Origin: Thermoproteota archaeon
GTDB taxonomy: Archaea; Korarchaeota; Korarchaeia; Korarchaeales; Korarchaeaceae
Direction of reading: 5' to 3'
Assembly: GCA_027491415.1 (NCBI GenBank)
Contig: JAOZFH010000018.1
Span: 1-64,000, forward strand
DNA length: 64,000 nucleotides
This document shows, in pieces, positions 9,368 to 19,197 of this stretch. The notes below the pieces were generated by a model, which worked only from the letters and a program-made list of their open reading frames with translations, did no database searches and was not told the origin of the DNA. The first letter of the stretch is position 1. The number at the start of each line of letters is the position of its first letter. A program made the translations under genes and the position numbers.

Positions 9368-11290
9368 ATGCTAGATTCGAGAGATCCCCTCGGCTCTCTG
9401 AAAGAGCACATAGCCAGGGGGATAGCTGAGGCAGCCTCGCGGCTTGGTCTCAAGGTTGACCCAACGGAAATACCTGTTCAAAAGACCCCGAGCAGGGAGG
9501 TAGGACACCTGGGTTCGCCAATAGGATTCAAGCTCGCTGGAAGACTGAAGATGAGCCCAGAGGAAGTCTCAAAGAATGTGGTGGATCGTCTGAACCTCTC
9601 ATCAATCCCCATAGCCGCCAGCGCCTCGCCCGCCCGGGGCTTCGTAAACTTCAGGTTTGACGAGCCCACCCTCATCCGCGCCATAATCGACGCGGCCTCC
9701 TCTCCAGAGTTCGGCCGTGGAGACGTTCGAGGAGGCGTCGTCATGGTTGAGCACACCAGCGCCAATCCCGCCCACCCCCTCCACGTCGGCAGCGGCAGGA
9801 ACGCCGTGATAGGGGACTCCTATGCGAGGATGCTCAGACACGCGGGGCGCAGGGTAGAGACCCACTACCTGGTGAACGATTCGGGCAATCAGACCATCCT
9901 GATGTCCTACGGCTTCTCCAAGGTGACGGGAGAGAAGCCTAAAGGTAAGATCGACCACTGGTTCGGGGCAGTTTACGCGGCGACGAACATAGCGATCGAG
10001 CTGAGGCGCGCCGAGGGGGAGGAGAGGGAGAGGCTCGAGCAGGCGCTGGACAGGCTGAGGGCCGAGCACGGGGAAGTAGTCGACAAGGTCTTCAGGGCCA
10101 TACGGGAGGACCCAGACCCAGAGGGGGGCGTGCGGAACCTGCTCGCCGCGTACCAAGCTGGCGAGACCTGGGCGAAGGAGATCGTGAGGGCGGCGGTCGA
10201 GTCCGTTATGGAGGGCTTTGTCGACACGCTGGACCGCCTAGACATAAAGCACGACGCGTATGACTGGGAGAGCGACCTGATCTGGAACGGGTGGACCGCC
10301 GAGATGCTCGAGAGGCTGAAGGACTCGGGCTACGTGGGTTTCGAGGGCGGCGCCGCCTACGTCGACCTGGCCAGGGCCATTAGGGAAAGGGAGGACGTGG
10401 CGAGGGTCTTCGGTCTCACGGCGGAGAGGGTGAGGGAGCTCGACGCGGAGGGCAGGCTGGAGGAGGTCGTCCCACCGAAGTTCTACCTCACCAGGTCCGA
10501 CGGGACCTGGCTCTACACCGCGACCGACGTCGCGTACTCACTCTATAAGATCGAGGGGGTGGGGGTCGAGGTCTGCCACAACGTGATAGGCGCGGAGCAG
10601 AGGCTGGAGCAGCTCCAGGTCAGGGCGAGCGTGGCCCTCGCCGGGGAGGACCCCGACAGGATACAGCACTTCAGCTACGAGATGGTCAACCTCGTTGGGG
10701 TGGCGATGTCCGGCAGGCTGGGGATCTACGTCACCCTGGACGAGCTCATGGACGAGGCCAAGCGCAAGGTGGTGGAACTCCTCAGGGACAGGCCCGGGTT
10801 GAGTCAGGAAGAGGCGGAGGAGATCGCGGAGAAGGTCGCGGTTGGCGCGATAAGGTTTGCCCTCCTATCGGTGGACCCGTCGAAGCCTGTGGTCTTCTCT
10901 TGGGACAGGGTGCTGAACCTGGAGGCCAACAGCGGTCCCTTCACCCAGTACGCGTACACCAGAGCTTCGGGAATACTGAGGAAGGCGGGGGGATCTCCGC
11001 GGGAGTATCAGGCGGCCGCCCTTGGGACGGACGGCGAGTATGACCTCGTGATGCACCTCGCCGAGTTCCCAGAGACGCTCAGGTCTGCTATCTCGCTCAG
11101 GAGGCCTGACGTGGTGGCACAGTACGCGAACGAGCTGGCCGCGAGGTTCAACAAGTTCTACGAGACCCATCCGGTCCTACCGGCCGAGGAGCCCACCAGG
11201 TCGGCCAGGCTGGCCCTCGTCTCTGCCGTGAGGAACACCCTCGGCCTTGCCATGGACCTCATCGGCGTTCCCAGGTTGGAGAAGATGTGA
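9368..11290 (+). CDS. argS: Arginine--tRNA ligase
   Basis: VEHTSANP.HPLHVG, RSDGTWLY, NVIGAEQ, MSGR, GPFTQYAYTRASGILRK, FNKFYE, RLALV. Confidence 0.96.
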   Translation: MLDSRDPLGSLKEHIARGIAEAASRLGLKVDPTEIPVQKTPSREVGHLGSPIGFKLAGRLKMSPEEVSKNVVDRLNLSSIPIAASASPARGFVNFRFDEPTLIRAIIDAASSPEFGRGDVRGGVVMVEHTSANPAHPLHVGSGRNAVIGDSYARMLRHAGRRVETHYLVNDSGNQTILMSYGFSKVTGEKPKGKIDHWFGAVYAATNIAIELRRAEGEERERLEQALDRLRAEHGEVVDKVFRAIREDPDPEGGVRNLLAAYQAGETWAKEIVRAAVESVMEGFVDTLDRLDIKHDAYDWESDLIWNGWTAEMLERLKDSGYVGFEGGAAYVDLARAIREREDVARVFGLTAERVRELDAEGRLEEVVPPKFYLTRSDGTWLYTATDVAYSLYKIEGVGVEVCHNVIGAEQRLEQLQVRASVALAGEDPDRIQHFSYEMVNLVGVAMSGRLGIYVTLDELMDEAKRKVVELLRDRPGLSQEEAEEIAEKVAVGAIRFALLSVDPSKPVVFSWDRVLNLEANSGPFTQYAYTRASGILRKAGGSPREYQAAALGTDGEYDLVMHLAEFPETLRSAISLRRPDVVAQYANELAARFNKFYETHPVLPAEEPTRSARLALVSAVRNTLGLAMDLIGVPRLEKM

Positions 11291-11323
11291 TGCGGAGGGG
11301 TCCGAGGGGACCGAGGAGATTCC

Positions 11324-12538
11324 TCAGAGCCCGGCGGCGGCCATCGAGATGGCCATCTCTATCTGCCTCCTCAGCTCGTCCGGGATCCCCTCCAGCTTTA
11401 CCTCCATGAAGCCCCGGACGAGCATACTCGTCGCCTCGTCCTCGGAGAACCCCCTTGACATCAGGTAGAATATCTGGTCCTCACTCAGCTTGCCGACGGC
11501 GGCCTCATGGGAGAGCTGGACGTCGCTGTGCTTGGCGTCTAGGGCCGGGAGCGTGAGGATCCGGGACTGATTCGACAGGAGGAGGCCGTCGCACTCTATG
11601 TGGCCCCTCACCCCGGGCGCCTCCGCGGAGATGAGGGACCTCGCGATCATCTCGGCCCTGTCCTTCGTGACCGCCCTGGACACGATCTCCGCCGAAGTGT
11701 CCGGGGCCTGGAGATAGACCGTCCCGCCCACGTCCATGACGGAGTCCCCCTTGGCGACGATTACGGAGGACAGGTAGGCCCTGGCCCCCCTCCCGACCAG
11801 CCAAACCTTTGGGTCGGTCTGGAGCGAGGCGGTCGGGGTCATGTTCACGTAGTGGCTTATGTACTGGCCGCCCTCCTCGACCACGACCCCGGTCCTCGGT
11901 CTCACGTGGGTCTGCTCGTCCCAGGCGTGTATCATGGTGTAGGTGAGCTTCCCGCCCCGCTTGACGTAGAACTCCGACACGCCGGCATGAAGGCCAGCGC
12001 GCTCCATCATGGTCAGGCACCCGGTCACCACGTGGAGCTCGGCCCCCTCCTCCACTATGACGATGTTGTGTGGCGCCTGGATGGCCCCAGGAGCCGACAT
12101 GAGGAGGCACGTCTGGACGGGCGTCTCGATCTTGGCTCCCCTCTCTACTATCACCACGTATCCCTGCCTCCGACCGAAGAGCTCCGCAGCCGCGGTGTAC
12201 TTGTCGGCGTCAACCGGCACGGCCCTCCAGAGGTAGCCGTCCACGATTCCCTCCTCCAGGGCCTGCTGAAGGTTCAAGACCCTGAGACCTGGGGTCCTCA
12301 CCTCGACCTCGACCGCCTCCTCGTCCACTTGGAGGTAGGTTCCGGCGCTCCCCCTCCCGGTCAGGTCGACTCCGACGCTGGCCAGCAGGTGGGAGCTGGC
12401 GCTCAGTATCTCTTCGTACGACGTTGGAGGGGGCGGAACGGAGAACTGGGTCACGTCAACGTCTGGACCATATGCAGCCGGCTTGGAGAGGGCGGCCTCC
12501 GCCCTCTTCCTCAGCTCCTCGAGCTCTACCTCGTTCAA
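11324..12538 (-). CDS. sufB: SufB/SufD family Fe-S scaffold (archaeal SmsB type)
   Basis: HNIVIVEEGAEL, GHIECDGLLL, LSHEAAVGK..QIFYLMSRG; TTG 12538 overlaps the sufC stop. Confidence 0.93.
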   Translation of the reverse strand: MNEVELEELRKRAEAALSKPAAYGPDVDVTQFSVPPPPTSYEEILSASSHLLASVGVDLTGRGSAGTYLQVDEEAVEVEVRTPGLRVLNLQQALEEGIVDGYLWRAVPVDADKYTAAAELFGRRQGYVVIVERGAKIETPVQTCLLMSAPGAIQAPHNIVIVEEGAELHVVTGCLTMMERAGLHAGVSEFYVKRGGKLTYTMIHAWDEQTHVRPRTGVVVEEGGQYISHYVNMTPTASLQTDPKVWLVGRGARAYLSSVIVAKGDSVMDVGGTVYLQAPDTSAEIVSRAVTKDRAEMIARSLISAEAPGVRGHIECDGLLLSNQSRILTLPALDAKHSDVQLSHEAAVGKLSEDQIFYLMSRGFSEDEATSMLVRGFMEVKLEGIPDELRRQIEMAISMAAAGL

Positions 12539-13290
12539 TCCCTCCTCACCTCGGCGAAGATGCAGTTGAGGCAGCCTTCGAACCCGTACTTCTCCACGTC
12601 TCTGAGGATGGCCTGCGCGTCCCCGTAGCACTTAATGACGCCGTCCACCATGATGAAGGCCCTCGTCGCCTGTAGGTACTTCGCTATGTGCCCAGTGTGG
12701 GTGACCACCAACGCAGACCTCCTCTCCTGAGCCCTGTCTCCGTCCTGCGAGATCACGCTCCTGATGGACTTTCCTAGCACGGGCAAGCTGTCCAGATCCA
12801 CTCCCGAGTCGGGCTCGTCCAGTAGAGCGACTCTTGGTCTCTGGGCGGCCAGGAGGAGGACCTCGGCCCTCTTCACCTCTCCCCCGCTGAACCCGACGTG
12901 CAGGTCCCTGTCGAGCAGGTGAGCCGCGCCCATCTCCTCCGCCATCTTCATGAGGCTCTGGTAATCCGCCCCGCTCCTCTCAGCAAGTCTCCTAAGCAGG
13001 TCCCTGAGCTTGATACCCCTGAGCTTTGGCGGCATTTGGAAGACTGCCCCCAGGCCCAAGGCGGCCCTCTCGTTCGCCGGGAGGTCGGTAATGTCCCTCC
13101 CGTCGAGGAGGATCCTGCCAGATTTGATCCGATACTTGGGGTTTCCTAGGAGGGTCTGGATGAGAGAGGACTTCCCAGAGCCGTTTGGGCCCAGGAGCAG
13201 GGCTATCTCGCTGGCCCCCAGCTCGAGGTTAACGCCCTTCAGCACCTCCCTCCCATCGACCGCCACGCGCAGATCTTCGATCCTAAGCAT
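12535..13290 (-). CDS. sufC: SufC-like ABC ATPase (SmsC type)
   Basis: GPNGSGKS, GFSGGEVKRAE, LLDEPDSGVD, VVTH; C-terminal CxxC (GCLNC). Confidence 0.93.
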   Translation of the reverse strand: MLRIEDLRVAVDGREVLKGVNLELGASEIALLLGPNGSGKSSLIQTLLGNPKYRIKSGRILLDGRDITDLPANERAALGLGAVFQMPPKLRGIKLRDLLRRLAERSGADYQSLMKMAEEMGAAHLLDRDLHVGFSGGEVKRAEVLLLAAQRPRVALLDEPDSGVDLDSLPVLGKSIRSVISQDGDRAQERRSALVVTHTGHIAKYLQATRAFIMVDGVIKCYGDAQAILRDVEKYGFEGCLNCIFAEVRRD

Positions 13291-13391
13291 CGGACACCCC
13301 CCTCCGACCGGGTGTTAGATTAACCCCCTCCCGACAGGGATTTAACGGCGTTATAAAAAGTTATGACCAGTCTGCCGCCCGCCCGGAGGGG

Positions 13392-14225
13392 ATGCTCAAC
13401 GTAAGAGTCGCGAGGAGGACGTTCCTCGCCGCGTCCTTGGCGGCAGCGGCCTCCACGGTGCTCTACGCCAGGTTCCACGAGTTGAACGACGTCACGGTGG
13501 AGAGGTTCGAGCTGACCCTTGGCTCTCGCGGCGCCTCCCTCAGGATCGCCCACCTCTCGGACCTCCACCTCCGCGGCATTGGAGACAGGGAGGAGAGGGC
13601 CATCTCCGCAGTTGAGGAGGCCTCACCGGACCTGATAGCGGTGACTGGCGATCACGTGGACTCCCCAGAGGGGGGGAAGGCGCTCAGGGATTTCTACTCG
13701 GATCTATGCGGATTGGGCCCCGTTTATGCCGTGCTGGGGAACTGGGACCACTGGGCCGCCGGTAGGGGCGGGCCCACGGTCGACGAGATAGTCCAGACGA
13801 TAGAGGGCGCCGGAGGCCGGGTGCTCCTGAACAGCGGGGAGTCCGTCGAGCTTGACGGCGGGTCCATCTGGTTGGCCGGCGTCGACGATCCCCACACCGG
13901 GAGGGACGACGCTCGGTCGGCCCTGGAGGGCCGCTCCAGATCGGAGGACCAGCCGATCCTGCTGCTGGCGCACTCTCCAGAGATCGTCGACGGCCTCACC
14001 GGGCAGGAGAGGCTGGTCCTCTGCGGGCACACCCACGGGGGCCAGGTGAGGCTTCCCCTCGTGGGCCCCCTGTACGTCCCGTCCCGCCTGGGGAGGAGGT
14101 ACGTGTCGGGCCTCTATCGCCTGGGAGAGGCGCTAATGTACGTGAACAGGGGGTTGGGCTGGTCCTTTGCTCCCCTCAGGCTGAACTGCCCACCTGAGGT
14201 CACCGTGCTGGACCTCCGCCTCTGA
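13392..14225 (+). CDS. YkuE-like metallophosphoesterase with Tat-like signal
   Basis: VARRTFL; SDLH, TGDHVD, LGNWDH, LAHSP, CGHTHGGQ, YVNRGLG. Confidence 0.9.
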   Translation: MLNVRVARRTFLAASLAAAASTVLYARFHELNDVTVERFELTLGSRGASLRIAHLSDLHLRGIGDREERAISAVEEASPDLIAVTGDHVDSPEGGKALRDFYSDLCGLGPVYAVLGNWDHWAAGRGGPTVDEIVQTIEGAGGRVLLNSGESVELDGGSIWLAGVDDPHTGRDDARSALEGRSRSEDQPILLLAHSPEIVDGLTGQERLVLCGHTHGGQVRLPLVGPLYVPSRLGRRYVSGLYRLGEALMYVNRGLGWSFAPLRLNCPPEVTVLDLRL

Positions 14226-15288
14226 GCCCCTTTTGAAACGCGTCACTCCCCGTCGGCCTGGCCCTTCCGACTACCGGCACCTCCGCCCCGCAGAGCGGGC
14301 ACCTGCCCTCCTCAAGCCTGACGTCGACGACCCTGGGCCCGAACCTCCTTATGAGGAGGCAGCCGCACTCCGGGCAGTAGGTGTTCTCCATCCTGTGGCC
14401 CGGGACGTTGCCAACGTACGCGAACCTTACCCCCTCCTCCCTCGCCATCTCGCACGCCCTTTCGAGCGCCTCGACGGGCGTGGGCGGCGCGTTGAAACGG
14501 TGGGCGGGGAAGTAGCGCGTGAAGTGCAGGGGGACGTTCCCCTCCCCCAGCCGGGCCGCCAGCCTGGCCACTGTCCTGACGTCGTCTTCGCCGTCGTTCA
14601 CGCCGGGGATGAGCAGGTAGACGAGTTCGACGTGCACGCCCCTCTCCAACGCCAACTCGGCGTTCCTCCACGGGACCCTCCAGTCGGCCCCAGGCGCGTA
14701 CTTTGCGTAGGCCAGCTCGCCCCCCTTGATGTCTATCTTCAGCCCGTCTAGGCCGGCGTCCACGAGCGCCTCCAGCGCCTCTCTCGTCATGTAGCCGTTG
14801 GAGACGTAGGTGCAGTAGAGCCCCCTCTCCCTGGCCAGCCTGAACAGGTCGAGGGAGTACTCGAACAGCATCGTCGGCTCGTTGAAGCTGACGCAAACTC
14901 CCTCGTCCCCCCACGCGAGCGCCGCCTTGACCACGTCTTCGGGGGGGACGTAGGAGGGGCTCGCGGGGGGATAGACCTGACTGATGTGCCAGTTCTGGCA
15001 CCAGGGGCACCTGAAGTTGCACCCCCACGTCGAGATCGTGGCGGCGCTGGATCCCGGCCAGAAGTGATAGAAGGGCTTGACCTCGATGGGCCTGCTCTCC
15101 ATGGCGCTCAGCGCCCCGTAGACCGTGGTCTGGAGCCCGCCCTCAAGGTTCACCCTCGTGCGGCAGAACCCAACCTGGCCCGGCCGTAGGAAGCACCTCC
15201 TCTCGCACACCAGGCACCTGACGGCGCCGCCCTGGAGACGCTCGCAGAGGGGCGTCTCCCTCAGGGTCGGGCGGCCGGCCTCACCCAT
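14200..15288 (-). CDS. amrS: AmmeMemoRadiSam system radical SAM enzyme
   Basis: CLVCERRC, PIEVKPFYHF.PG, GCNFRCPWCQNWHISQ, NEPT, LHFTRYFP, YVGNVPG..NTYCPECG. Confidence 0.9.
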   Translation of the reverse strand: MGEAGRPTLRETPLCERLQGGAVRCLVCERRCFLRPGQVGFCRTRVNLEGGLQTTVYGALSAMESRPIEVKPFYHFWPGSSAATISTWGCNFRCPWCQNWHISQVYPPASPSYVPPEDVVKAALAWGDEGVCVSFNEPTMLFEYSLDLFRLARERGLYCTYVSNGYMTREALEALVDAGLDGLKIDIKGGELAYAKYAPGADWRVPWRNAELALERGVHVELVYLLIPGVNDGEDDVRTVARLAARLGEGNVPLHFTRYFPAHRFNAPPTPVEALERACEMAREEGVRFAYVGNVPGHRMENTYCPECGCLLIRRFGPRVVDVRLEEGRCPLCGAEVPVVGRARPTGSDAFQKGLRGGGPAR

Positions 15289-15958
15289 CCCCCGTCAGGC
15301 GTATGCGCAGCTCCACCTCCTTAATGTCCTTCGGGACGCCCTTCAGGGTCCTGAGGTAGGCCAGCGCGAGCTCCCGCAGCTGACGCTCCACGAACCTCAC
15401 TAGCCCGACGGGCCTGCCGTTCACCTTCAGGGTGGTGGGCTTGGGCTCCCCGGGCGGGCAGAACACGTCCTCGCCCCTGGCGGCCGCCTTGAGGTAATCG
15501 AAGCAGGTCTTGAATCCGCACTCCCCGCAGTTGAGCCAGGCCGGGTAGACGGGCAGACCGGCTATGAACTCTCCCAGCTCCCCCATTGGCACGAACCTCA
15601 CGCCCTTGACGTCGACCTCCTCGCTGGACGTGACGGCCACGGTCAGATCATCGACCAGCTCGCGGGCCTCCTCCTCGCCCCTCACGGCGAGTATCCTCAG
15701 CGCCAGGGGGGAGGTGAGCCCGACGAGGATCGCGTACTCGCACTCCTCCGATCCCATGAGCAGGGAGAGGGGGTCAGCGTCGGTCGCCCTGTGCTCCACG
15801 ACACCTCCGCGCCGCAGGATCGTCCTCTTGACGACTCCCTTCGGCAGGGGCTTGGGCTCGCCGCCCTCAACCACGCAGGTAGAGCCTACCTGGGCGGCGG
15901 CAGCGAGAGCGGCGTCTCTAGCCAGGGACCCTACGATTGAGACGACTCTGGTGGGCAT
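15281..15958 (-). CDS. MobB-like protein with C-terminal Fe-S domain and degenerate P-loop
   Basis: LNCGECGFKTC..C and LKVNGRPVGLVRFVE..LKGV are typical of archaeal MobB; the N-terminus lacks GxxxSGKT. Confidence 0.7.
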   Translation of the reverse strand: MPTRVVSIVGSLARDAALAAAAQVGSTCVVEGGEPKPLPKGVVKRTILRRGGVVEHRATDADPLSLLMGSEECEYAILVGLTSPLALRILAVRGEEEARELVDDLTVAVTSSEEVDVKGVRFVPMGELGEFIAGLPVYPAWLNCGECGFKTCFDYLKAAARGEDVFCPPGEPKPTTLKVNGRPVGLVRFVERQLRELALAYLRTLKGVPKDIKEVELRIRLTGDG

Positions 15959-16070
15959 CGCTCAGCCGGTGGGAGTGTCGGCAATTTATGGTTCGGCGGC
16001 CAGACCCAATCGACAGACCCTCCTGACTAACGTTTATTCCATGTTCACAACCGGACCCCGGGGTGCCCAG

Positions 16071-17390
16071 TTGGATCCCAAGATGGCTTATGACAGGGTA
16101 TTCTCCCTTTTGGAGGAGCATCACGCCTGGTTTGATTCCTCTATCCCCCTCATAGCCAGCGAGAACGTGACCAGCTACGCGGTGCGAGAGGCCCTGCTGT
16201 CGGACTTCGGCCACAGGTACGCGGAGGGCTGGGTGGGCGAGCGCGTCTACGCGGGCTGCAGGTACATCGACCAGGTGGAGCAGCTGGCCATGGACCTGAT
16301 GAAGGACATCTTCAGGGTCAAGCACGCGGACGTCAGACCGATCAGCGGCGTGATGGCGAACCTTGCCGTGTACACGGCCTTCACTCAGCCGGGAGACGTG
16401 ATGATGGCCCTCCCCATCACGAAAGGTGGCCACATAAGCATGGGCCCGCTCTACGGGAAGAAGGGGACCAGGATCGGCGGGACCGCGGGGGCCGTCCACG
16501 GCCTGAGGGTGGAGTACATCGCGTTCAACGACGAGGAGTTCAACATCGACGTCGACAGGACCATCAAGAGGGTCGAAAAGTACAAGCCCAAGCTGATCAT
16601 GTTCGGCGCCTCCGAGATCCTGTTCCCGCAGCCCATACGTGAGATCGCCGAGGTCGCCCACTCCTTAGGGGCCCACGTGAACTACGACGCCGCCCATGTG
16701 GCAGGCCTGATTGGCGCGGGGAGGTTCCAGGACCCGCTCCGCGAGGGCGCCGACAGCATGACCATGAGCACCCACAAGACGCTGCCCGGCCCGCAGCACG
16801 GCGCCGTGGTGACCAACGACGACGAGAAGTTCGAGCTGATCAAGCAGGCCTGCTTCCCCGGCCTGCTCAGCAACCACCACCTGAACGCCGTCGCCGCCCT
16901 GGCCGTGGCGCTGGCGGAGCTGAAGGCCTTCGGGGAGTCCTACGCCGATCAGATCATCAGGAACGCCAAGGCTCTGGCCCAGGCCCTCCACGACCAGGGA
17001 TTCAAGGTGTTGGGCGAGAAGAGGGGCTTCACCGAGAGCCACCAGGTGATGGTGGAGGTCGCGGACCTGGGAGGCGGGATGTGGGCCGAGAAGACGCTGG
17101 AGGAGGCGAACATCATCGTCAACCGGAACCTCCTGCCCTGGGACATCAAGATGGGCAGGAGCTTCATAGACCCAGGCGGAATCCGCCTCGGGACGTCGGA
17201 GGTAACGAGGCTTGGGATGAAGGAGGGTGACATGGAGGAGATAGCCAGGTTCTTCAAGAGGGCCCTGATAGACAAGGAAGATCCCAAGAAGGTTGCCAAG
17301 GACGTGGCAGAGTTTAGGGAGAACTTCAGGCACATACACTACGCATTTGAGAGCGCGAAGGAGGCCTACGCCTACATCAGGCTGAGGTGA
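16071..17390 (+). CDS. glyA: Serine hydroxymethyltransferase
   Basis: LIASEN, RYAEG, GGHIS, YDAAHVAGLI, STHKTLPGP (PLP lysine), GIRLGT; TTG 16071 follows a GGGGTG SD. Confidence 0.97.
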   Translation: MDPKMAYDRVFSLLEEHHAWFDSSIPLIASENVTSYAVREALLSDFGHRYAEGWVGERVYAGCRYIDQVEQLAMDLMKDIFRVKHADVRPISGVMANLAVYTAFTQPGDVMMALPITKGGHISMGPLYGKKGTRIGGTAGAVHGLRVEYIAFNDEEFNIDVDRTIKRVEKYKPKLIMFGASEILFPQPIREIAEVAHSLGAHVNYDAAHVAGLIGAGRFQDPLREGADSMTMSTHKTLPGPQHGAVVTNDDEKFELIKQACFPGLLSNHHLNAVAALAVALAELKAFGESYADQIIRNAKALAQALHDQGFKVLGEKRGFTESHQVMVEVADLGGGMWAEKTLEEANIIVNRNLLPWDIKMGRSFIDPGGIRLGTSEVTRLGMKEGDMEEIARFFKRALIDKEDPKKVAKDVAEFRENFRHIHYAFESAKEAYAYIRLR

Positions 17391-17408
17391 GGGCTCGGCC
17401 GGTCTTCG

Positions 17409-17609
17409 CTATCCCTCCCTCTCCTCTCTCTTCGCCCCATCTTCCCCGACCTCCACCTCTATCTCCCCGTATATCGGCCCCCTGTACCCACAGTCTGGGC
17501 ACACCCAAATCTCAGGCGTGAGCCATCCCGAGAGGGGGGACTCCTTCCTCAGCCTCGTGCTGCCGCAGATGGGGCAAACCCTGACCCTCTGCGCCTTTCT
17601 CCCGCCCAT
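17409..17609 (-). CDS. Small zinc-ribbon protein
   Basis: CPICGS..WVCPDCGYRGP; co-oriented and tightly spaced with two upstream genes. Confidence 0.75.
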   Translation of the reverse strand: MGGRKAQRVRVCPICGSTRLRKESPLSGWLTPEIWVCPDCGYRGPIYGEIEVEVGEDGAKREEREG

Positions 17610-17615
17610 CTGTCG

Positions 17616-18398
17616 TCACCACAGCGGCGGGCCCCTCTTTTCCTTCGTTGGCTCGAATCGAGGCAGCCTCGGAGATATGGGCAGGGGAACCTCCTTGACA
17701 CCCTCGGGCAGGGTCACCACGAGGTAGGTCTCCGTTCCAAACCTCATCCCGCCGAAGTCGGCGGAGAAGGTGTAGGGGTAGAAGAAGAACAGGTCCTTGG
17801 GAACGGTGGGGTCGTGCGGCAGCTCGACCCTGATCGCCGTCTCCCCGGCGAGCGTGCCGGAGTCGCCCGGGGCGAGGGTCCAAGTGTACTCCCTCCTGTC
17901 GCCGTCCACCTCGAGCCACTCCCTCACCATGAGCTCGGCCGTCACGTCCTCGGGGGCAACGCCCTCGACCTTGATTCTGCCGAGGAGTTCGTCGTCGGGG
18001 TGGAACCTCCGACTGTTCAGGACCAGCCAGCCCAGGTCAGTCTCTATCTCCTCTGGAATCGGGGGGAGGACCTTGATCCGCAGGGTCGACCTCGGGAACA
18101 GGATCCTCCCGCCCAGCCGAGGGACCCCGAAGGTGATCGACCACCTCACCTTGTGCGCCCTGGTGGAGATGGTGGGCGGCAGGCCCCTGGGGTAGCGTAT
18201 CTCGAACCTCCCGGGCTCAAGCCAGAAGGACTCTTTGTACAGCAGCCTCGCGCTGGGGATCGCCTCCCCCCTCGTCAGGAGGGTCGACGCCATCCACACT
18301 GAGAACACGGCGTAGACCCTGTCGCCCTCTACCACCCCGGCAATGGGCTCGCCCAGCCTGATGACGCTCCTCTCCACCCTCACGCTAGCCCGCGGCAT
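17616..18398 (-). CDS. Hypothetical beta-rich protein, possibly arrestin/SpoOM fold
   Basis: Two beta-sandwich-like halves; FEIRYPRGLPPTI..VRWSI..IKVLPP pattern. Confidence 0.55.
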   Translation of the reverse strand: MPRASVRVERSVIRLGEPIAGVVEGDRVYAVFSVWMASTLLTRGEAIPSARLLYKESFWLEPGRFEIRYPRGLPPTISTRAHKVRWSITFGVPRLGGRILFPRSTLRIKVLPPIPEEIETDLGWLVLNSRRFHPDDELLGRIKVEGVAPEDVTAELMVREWLEVDGDRREYTWTLAPGDSGTLAGETAIRVELPHDPTVPKDLFFFYPYTFSADFGGMRFGTETYLVVTLPEGVKEVPLPISPRLPRFEPTKEKRGPPLW

Positions 18399-19056
18399 CG
18401 AGCAGCACCTCCACCACGTACGTGTCCCTCAGGATGTTGGGCTTCTTGATCACGCGGATTCCCTCGTAGTCGGTCTTGAAGAGGTGGAGCCTGTGCTTCT
18501 TTGGCTTGAGGTCGTGCTCCTTGATAAGCTGGGCAAGCTTCCTTATCAGGCGGTTCGCCGTCTCCCTGAGGATCTTATCGCGGCCGGGCCTCTTGGCGAA
18601 TTCCTGCAGGTAGAACTCCTCGAGCTTGACGAGGCTGTACCACCTCAGGAAGAAGACGACGTAGAGTATGCCGGTCGAGGTGTAGAGGAGCCAGGGTGCC
18701 CAGTCCTTCCCGAGCGTCACAACGATCAGGCCGACCATGAATCCGAGCAGAGCGATCCTGAGGAGGAACCTCACCACCAAGAACACTGCCGACCATTTTT
18801 TGGCTACATGGTCAATAGCGGGAAGATTGATCACGTAATCCGCGGTCTTCTCAAACTTCTTCCTCAAACCCCCCGCAAAGACGTCGGTCAGCTCCTTTGC
18901 CCGACGGTCCATCACGTCTCTTATCCTGCGTAGGTCTGTATTTCGGCCAACTCTATAACCGTCTGCGGCCTCTATCAGCAAAGCAATGTCCTCTGCCAGT
19001 TCTTTGTGTGGTTTCTTTGCACGCAGCCTCAATCCACCACCACCGCTCCCGGGCAC
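18385..19056 (-). CDS. Hypothetical basic membrane protein (2 TM)
   Basis: 223-aa ORF with two hydrophobic helices; overlaps the start of the next gene. Confidence 0.7.
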   Translation of the reverse strand: MPGSGGGGLRLRAKKPHKELAEDIALLIEAADGYRVGRNTDLRRIRDVMDRRAKELTDVFAGGLRKKFEKTADYVINLPAIDHVAKKWSAVFLVVRFLLRIALLGFMVGLIVVTLGKDWAPWLLYTSTGILYVVFFLRWYSLVKLEEFYLQEFAKRPGRDKILRETANRLIRKLAQLIKEHDLKPKKHRLHLFKTDYEGIRVIKKPNILRDTYVVEVLLDAAG

Positions 19057-19197
19057 CCGTCAGCGGCTCACTAAAACATTTCATGGAGGTTAGGCGGGTC
19101 AATTTGTCGAAAGAGTTTTAATATAGACTTTCGTTGAGGGATCCAGCCGTATCCTACGGCATAAGTCGAACATAGGGGTTGTAGGGGGTGTATCGCG

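Noticed and set aside
13392-14225. Tat-exported phosphoesterase as a novelty
   Set aside because: Tat export is established for YkuE-family enzymes
15564-16070. Apparent 169-aa N-terminal extension of GlyA
   Set aside because: Antisense read-through of the mobB-like gene; the real start is near 16071 with an SD
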